This document shows, in pieces, positions 8,060 through 12,210 of a stretch of 12,210 nucleotides of DNA. Within the stretch, counting starts at the first letter, position 1. Each line of letters begins with the position of its first letter. This stretch comes from a virus (Duplodnaviria; Heunggongvirae; Uroviricota; Caudoviricetes). The translations under genes were made by a program, and so were the position numbers. Location: the IMG/VR virus record IMGVR_UViG_3300029647_000066, one strand, 5' to 3'. The notes below the pieces were generated by a model. It had not been told where the DNA came from. It was given only the letters and a program-made list of their open reading frames with translations, and did not search any database.

Positions 8060-10324
8060 TTATTTTTGACGAATCCTGATTTTTGGTTGTTCACGAACAA
8101 CAATATCAGTTTCTTTCCAACCAAGATTATTTATTTCAACCTCGGCTTCGTTGTAGACTGTAGTAGAATTGGCAAGAGATCTTAACGTAATAGCCAATAC
8201 AGCACGTTGAGGTGAAGATAGAGGCTCTTGCTCTGCTCGTCTCTGAACATCAAGTTTAAGTCTCCATTGCTCCCCATTTATACCTTGCGGAAATTGTTTT
8301 CTATAAACTTTGACTGGAGACCATTTGAAGCCATTTTCTATCAGTACCTTTTCAAATAATTCACTCTTTTCTTTTATTTGTGGAATTTTTCCGCTATGTA
8401 TCCATTTAGCGTTAACTGGATCATAAGTGTAAGTCCCGAATGACACATCCACATTAGAACGGCAATATTCAGATGGGTAGTCATAATCAAGCGGTGGAGA
8501 ATAAACGAGTGTCATAATAATTTCACCTGTGAATTTTCCATCCTCAGTACGTAATGACTGTGGTATTACAAATGGCGTTCTACTGAATTCAATACCTTCT
8601 CGGGTATCTATTTCAAATAGAAATGTAATCTCATTTTTATTGCAACCAATAATATCATTTATATGATCGCTTGGGCGTCCAAATCCTTGATAATTAAACG
8701 CATAATGCTCCGTTTTGGCTGGTGAGTTTTTTAACGCAGAATGAATTAATAGTGCCTTGATACGTTCAGGCGATGGTGAAATAGAACCATTAACATCTAG
8801 TTCATGCCACAGTGATGCCGCTAAACTTGAGATTAACGGTGCTGATAAACTTGTGCCAATACTTTCGCAAAGAGCATTGTCCTCGCCAATAGCTATGATT
8901 CCGGTATGTTCACAGTTTAATTTACTGTCACAATTACCTCCAAAGTGATTTATCTCTGGTTTGGGTATAAAGGCTGGGCCGGGACCTCTTCTAGAAAAAG
9001 ATGAAGGTTCAAATCTTTTGACCACAGAGTCAGACGATTCTAAATGGGCAACTGAGCCAACAGTTAATGAACGAACAGAATCTGCGGGGGCTGATATTCT
9101 GTCATGCCCACCTAATTCTTGAGGAGGCCAGGTTCGTTGAGGATCATAAATGTAGTTGCCGGATGCTACGACGAAAAGACAATCATGCTCATCATGAAGT
9201 GCATTTAAAAAATGCCCCAATTCAGAGAAGCTGTCTTCAGAACATGGGGATTGACAACCTAATGACAGATTCCATACACGTACTTCTGGATAGGTGGTCA
9301 CAGCCTCTCGGATAGCTTTCATTAATTGTGGCAATTTGAGCGTACCATCTTTGGGAAAGGCTGCAACATCAACAATTTCAGCTTGGCATTGAGGAAAACC
9401 AGCATAGTTATTCAACCATCTTCCATTAATTGCTAAACTTGCAACCATGTTCCCATGAGAATAGTCGTGTTCTCCTTTTACTAAATCTAAACTATCCCAA
9501 ATCCATGGCCTAAGTATGTTGTTATTGGGATCGACTCCGCTATCTATAATTCCGAGTAGTGGATAATGTTTATCCTCTTGAGGTAAGGGAAAATCATCTA
9601 GGTCTAGAGTTTCAGCAGGAATATATTGCGATACTGTATGAGTAAGACCAAATGTTGGCATAGGTTCTAATTTTCGTATGCCAATAAAACTTGCCAGTTG
9701 GGCGATGTTATCATTCCCTTTTACTTCATATATACTCAAATCTGAACTGATATCATACTTTTTGGGTTTTTGTATTCCTAGTTCATCTGCAAATTCCATT
9801 AATTCTTTGTCGATACTGCGGTTAGTTGTTCTATCTTTATGGTCAAAGAGTTTCAGAAGAAAACTATCTGATTTATTTTTATCTATAACATCATGGTTAA
9901 GACTAAAAGGTTCGATCTTTTCAATTACAGCAATATGTACTGTCCCATTATGAGAATTAGTGCTATTTTCAATTTTTTTGCGAAGTTGTGCTAACCCTTT
10001 TTCAGTAACACTTATAAGTAATTCTCCAAAATTATCACTGCCTATTACGGGACATGTATTATCACCTAATAGGCTTGATGGGCGATGTGACTTAGCAAGA
10101 GCTTTTTCATGAAGAGTAACTCTAGCCACCGCCGGTATATTGGGCCATTTTTTAAATGAGCTCTGGAAAAAATTTTTAACGTCATCGACTTCTTGTTTGA
10201 GTCTATTTTTTAGACTAGTTGTTACTGTTCGGATAGGTTGTTTCTTTCCGAAATTATATGTTTTTTCAGTAAAATCTTGAGGTGTCGCCTCAATTATTTT
10301 TATTGGTCTTTCTTTGTTACTCAT
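8060..10324 (-). CDS. Subtilisin-like serine peptidase (S8 family), predicted cytoplasmic, with N- and C-terminal extension domains
   Basis: 754-aa ORF. S8 catalytic motifs in canonical order: Asp in LLGIIDSGVD (about residue 261), His in DYSHGNMVASLA (about 290), oxyanion Asn in FVVASGNY (about 390), Ser in GTSLSAPLISSLAASL (about 492). No N-terminal hydrophobic signal sequence. Its ATG overlaps the stop of the upstream ATPase gene (ATGA at 10321-10324). Confidence 0.9.
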   Translation of the reverse strand: MSNKERPIKIIEATPQDFTEKTYNFGKKQPIRTVTTSLKNRLKQEVDDVKNFFQSSFKKWPNIPAVARVTLHEKALAKSHRPSSLLGDNTCPVIGSDNFGELLISVTEKGLAQLRKKIENSTNSHNGTVHIAVIEKIEPFSLNHDVIDKNKSDSFLLKLFDHKDRTTNRSIDKELMEFADELGIQKPKKYDISSDLSIYEVKGNDNIAQLASFIGIRKLEPMPTFGLTHTVSQYIPAETLDLDDFPLPQEDKHYPLLGIIDSGVDPNNNILRPWIWDSLDLVKGEHDYSHGNMVASLAINGRWLNNYAGFPQCQAEIVDVAAFPKDGTLKLPQLMKAIREAVTTYPEVRVWNLSLGCQSPCSEDSFSELGHFLNALHDEHDCLFVVASGNYIYDPQRTWPPQELGGHDRISAPADSVRSLTVGSVAHLESSDSVVKRFEPSSFSRRGPGPAFIPKPEINHFGGNCDSKLNCEHTGIIAIGEDNALCESIGTSLSAPLISSLAASLWHELDVNGSISPSPERIKALLIHSALKNSPAKTEHYAFNYQGFGRPSDHINDIIGCNKNEITFLFEIDTREGIEFSRTPFVIPQSLRTEDGKFTGEIIMTLVYSPPLDYDYPSEYCRSNVDVSFGTYTYDPVNAKWIHSGKIPQIKEKSELFEKVLIENGFKWSPVKVYRKQFPQGINGEQWRLKLDVQRRAEQEPLSSPQRAVLAITLRSLANSTTVYNEAEVEINNLGWKETDIVVREQPKIRIRQK

Positions 10325-11484
10325 AATATCTCTCTATAGTTCTTAGTTAGCCTTGACACTTTAGCATTTGAAAGCCCTAGTATTTTTGCTATCTTTCGTA
10401 TTGTAAATCTTTTGGGATTGTATTCTCTGAGAGTGGTCACAATCTTTATAAGTAAATTATCTTCTTCATCAAATGTAACTCCCTTCGCTTCTAAGATAGC
10501 CTCGACTAAAAATCGGGTATCGATTTGTTTATTATTGTAAACCAGAGCATGTCGCTCAGATCTTAAGCAGCATTGTTCTATAAATGAGCAGTTTAGCCCT
10601 GATGATATTTCCGCAAGGTCATCAACAAAATCGTCATATGTAGCTTTTATGTTTGAATATTGTTCAAATAGTTGTTTTCTGACTTCAAAATCAGGCAATC
10701 CAATAGATATTCTATACTCAAAGCGCCTCCAAACTGCGCTATCTAGAAGATTTTCATGATTACTTGCAGCAATCAATATTGTTTCTTCAGGTAGATTGTC
10801 AATATTTTGCAATAAAGAAACCACCACCCTCTTCAGTTCACCTAACTCATGCTGATCATCTCTAGCCTTTGCTAGAGAATCTAGTTCATCTAGAAATAAA
10901 ACACATGGTGCTTTACTTGCATACTCAAATAGCTGCCTGATATTTTTAGAAGTAGACCCCAGATATGATGAGACTAAGGAGTCACATCTTGCAGTAAGAA
11001 GCGGTAAATTTAGACAGGATGCAATATATTTTGATGTCAAGGTTTTACCACAACCTGGTGGCCCATATAAAATCATAGAGGATGTCACGCCAAGACCGGC
11101 ATCCTTTAATTCTTTAGCTCGTTCAGTGAAAGTCAAAAATTCTTTAATTTTTTTCAGAGTGCTATCTTTCAACAATGGGAGTTGAATTTCAGAAGACGGT
11201 TGAGTTACGTCTGCTAAATCAAATTTAGTTTCTTTATCTACAGGTAATGTATCAAGACGTTCAAAAATAGGTGATGTACTGCGTGATACTTTCTGCAAGT
11301 TAAACGTGTTTTTATCTTGAATACTACCTCTAATGGCTGAAGCAAGCTCAGGCAGCCCCATAGAATCATAGGAACGCGCGAGTTTCGAAGCCTGCCGAAC
11401 AAAAGCAACTTTATCCCCTTTGAGTCCAAGACTGATAAGCTGCGAAAGTATCTCGTTTGTGGTCATTTGTGATACAAACCTCAT
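10321..11484 (-). CDS. AAA+ ATPase (classic-clade AAA domain) with C-terminal HTH-like tail
   Basis: 387-aa ORF. Walker A in LYGPPGCGKT (about residue 147), Walker B in CVLFLDELD (about 199-200), second-region-of-homology-like segment in AASNHENLLDSAVWRRFEYRISIGLP. C-terminal RKIAKILGLSNAKVSRLTKNY resembles a helix-turn-helix. First gene of the leftward cargo operon; start could instead be the second ATG at 11466. Confidence 0.9.
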   Translation of the reverse strand: MRFVSQMTTNEILSQLISLGLKGDKVAFVRQASKLARSYDSMGLPELASAIRGSIQDKNTFNLQKVSRSTSPIFERLDTLPVDKETKFDLADVTQPSSEIQLPLLKDSTLKKIKEFLTFTERAKELKDAGLGVTSSMILYGPPGCGKTLTSKYIASCLNLPLLTARCDSLVSSYLGSTSKNIRQLFEYASKAPCVLFLDELDSLAKARDDQHELGELKRVVVSLLQNIDNLPEETILIAASNHENLLDSAVWRRFEYRISIGLPDFEVRKQLFEQYSNIKATYDDFVDDLAEISSGLNCSFIEQCCLRSERHALVYNNKQIDTRFLVEAILEAKGVTFDEEDNLLIKIVTTLREYNPKRFTIRKIAKILGLSNAKVSRLTKNYREIL

Positions 11485-11725
11485 TAATCTGTTGTCTAAA
11501 TGGCTTATAGGTGAGACAAATTTCTATTTTAATGTAGTTTATATGTATTTTGGTGAAACGAACACTATGTTTTACATAAATCTTTCAGGTTTGGAGTTCT
11601 TGGAGGGCATAGAGTTGCATCAATTTGCATTCTAATTAGACTTTTTTATTGCTATCGTATTCTACATGTGACTAGGTCTGCCCTTCCTGATGCGTTTGCA
11701 TTAAAACCTCCCCATGAAGCGGGCG

Positions 11726-11744
11726 GGCGAGGCGGGGAAAGCAC
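11726..11744 (+). other. cos site (P2-type 19-nt cohesive end)
   Basis: GGCGAGGCGGGGAAAGCAC is present exactly and matches the P2 cohesive-end sequence as I recall it. It lies in a GC-rich block just after the cargo island, where the P2 map places cos (after the tin/old slot). Confidence 0.6.
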
Positions 11745-11883
11745 TGCGCGCTGGCGGTGGTGCTGATTTTATTTTTTCAGCGTCTGAGCGCGTCTTGATG
11801 GCGTTTAGATTGTGCGCCGGGGCGTTGGTGTGTCTGCGGGGTGTTTTGTGCGGTGGTGAGCGTGTGAGGGCGTGATGACGGGG

Positions 11884-11908
11884 TGTAAAAAAGCCGCCCG
11901 CAGGCGGC
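11884..11908 (-). terminator. Rho-independent terminator for the leftward transcript ending near cos
   Basis: GC hairpin GCCGCC (11893-11898) and GGCGGC (11903-11908) with loop CGCA. On the minus strand it is followed by a run of six T (plus-strand AAAAAA at 11886-11891). It sits 5 nt downstream of the stop of the minus-strand ORF ending at 11914. Confidence 0.5.
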
Positions 11909-11913
11909 GATGT

Positions 11914-12126
11914 TCAGCCGTTGTCAGTGTCCAGTGAGTAGTTTTTAAAGCGGATGACCTCCTGGCCGAGCCAGCCGTTTATTTCCCGAATCCTGTCCTG
12001 TAACGGGATAAGTTCATTGCGGACAAAGACCTTTGCCACTTTCTCAATATCACCCAGCGACCCGACGTTCTCCGGCTTGCCGCCCATCAACTGAAAGGGG
12101 ATGCGGTGCGCGTTGCGTATTTTCAT
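11914..12126 (-). CDS. Hypothetical 70-aa protein, last ORF of a leftward transcription unit next to cos; may be a fragment of a larger late gene
   Basis: Complete ORF by ATG and stop, but with no Shine-Dalgarno and an in-frame stop 3 codons upstream. Backbone-like GC content and followed by a terminator. In P2 the leftward portal gene ends near cos, so this could be the 3' portion of an interrupted portal-like gene. Not verifiable here. Confidence 0.35.
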   Translation of the reverse strand: MKIRNAHRIPFQLMGGKPENVGSLGDIEKVAKVFVRNELIPLQDRIREINGWLGQEVIRFKNYSLDTDNG

Positions 12127-12210
12127 GAAAGGAGATCACTCAATAACTTCCATCGAGATCGGGTAATAACATTTGAACAGATCGCTGAATAACATCGATG
12201 GAGATCACTT

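Larger units (their letters stand above)
76..12210. mobile_element. P2-family temperate prophage, right arm (int through cos); attachment-site boundaries not identifiable in this window
   Basis: Gene order int, C, cox-like, small ORF, B-position gene, four small ORFs, gene A, then cargo, then cos mirrors the P2 early region. Integrase, C repressor and A protein show recognisable P2-type motifs. A 19-nt cos-like sequence lies at 11726-11744. Confidence 0.8.

Noticed and set aside
8757-9953. Plus-strand ORFs 8757-8948, 9067-9315 and 9678-9953 antisense to the S8 peptidase gene
   Set aside because: Embedded antisense within a CDS that has canonical S8 motifs throughout. AT-rich DNA gives long chance ORFs.
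10321-11484. Whether the ATPase could be a P2 Old homologue, given its position in the tin/old slot
   Set aside because: Old-family proteins are ABC-type ATPases with a TOPRIM nuclease domain and are larger. This protein has a classic AAA Walker A/B plus SRH core of about 390 aa and no nuclease motif I can see. Position is analogous, family is different.
11238-11635. ORFs 11238-11429 (-) and 11420-11635 (+)
   Set aside because: The first is an alternative frame inside the AAA+ ATPase gene. The second lies in the AT-rich promoter region upstream of the ATPase gene, with no SD and a low-complexity Phe/Asn/Ile-rich translation.
1-12210. CRISPR arrays, tRNA or rRNA genes, and IS elements
   Set aside because: No regularly spaced direct repeats with spacers, no cloverleaf-like tRNA sequence (including next to int), and no transposase-like ORF or terminal inverted repeats were seen. 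The short repeats at 12127-12210 are too few and irregular for a CRISPR array.

Overview
The window reads as the right arm of a P2-family temperate prophage (Enterobacteriaceae-like sequence), running from the integrase end through the cohesive-end (cos) site. The backbone follows P2 gene order: int and C repressor leftward, then a rightward early operon (cox-like, small ORF, B-position gene, four small ORFs including a TraR/DksA zinc finger, and the gene A rolling-circle initiator), then an ASCH/DUF3850-like gene and a small ORF. Between these and cos, where P2 carries tin/old, sits an AT-rich cargo island of about 4.9 kb with two convergent two-gene operons. The leftward operon pairs a classic AAA+ ATPase with a signal-peptide-less S8 subtilase that has a complete Asp/His/Asn/Ser catalytic set. 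From memory this matches the Gao et al. 2020 ietAS defence architecture, but I cannot verify that here. The rightward operon pairs a 78-aa charged protein with a 253-aa three-TM membrane protein of unknown function, and is the part I cannot explain from known families. No tRNA, rRNA or CRISPR array was seen. All homology statements come from reading motifs and from recollection of P2 proteins, not from a database search.
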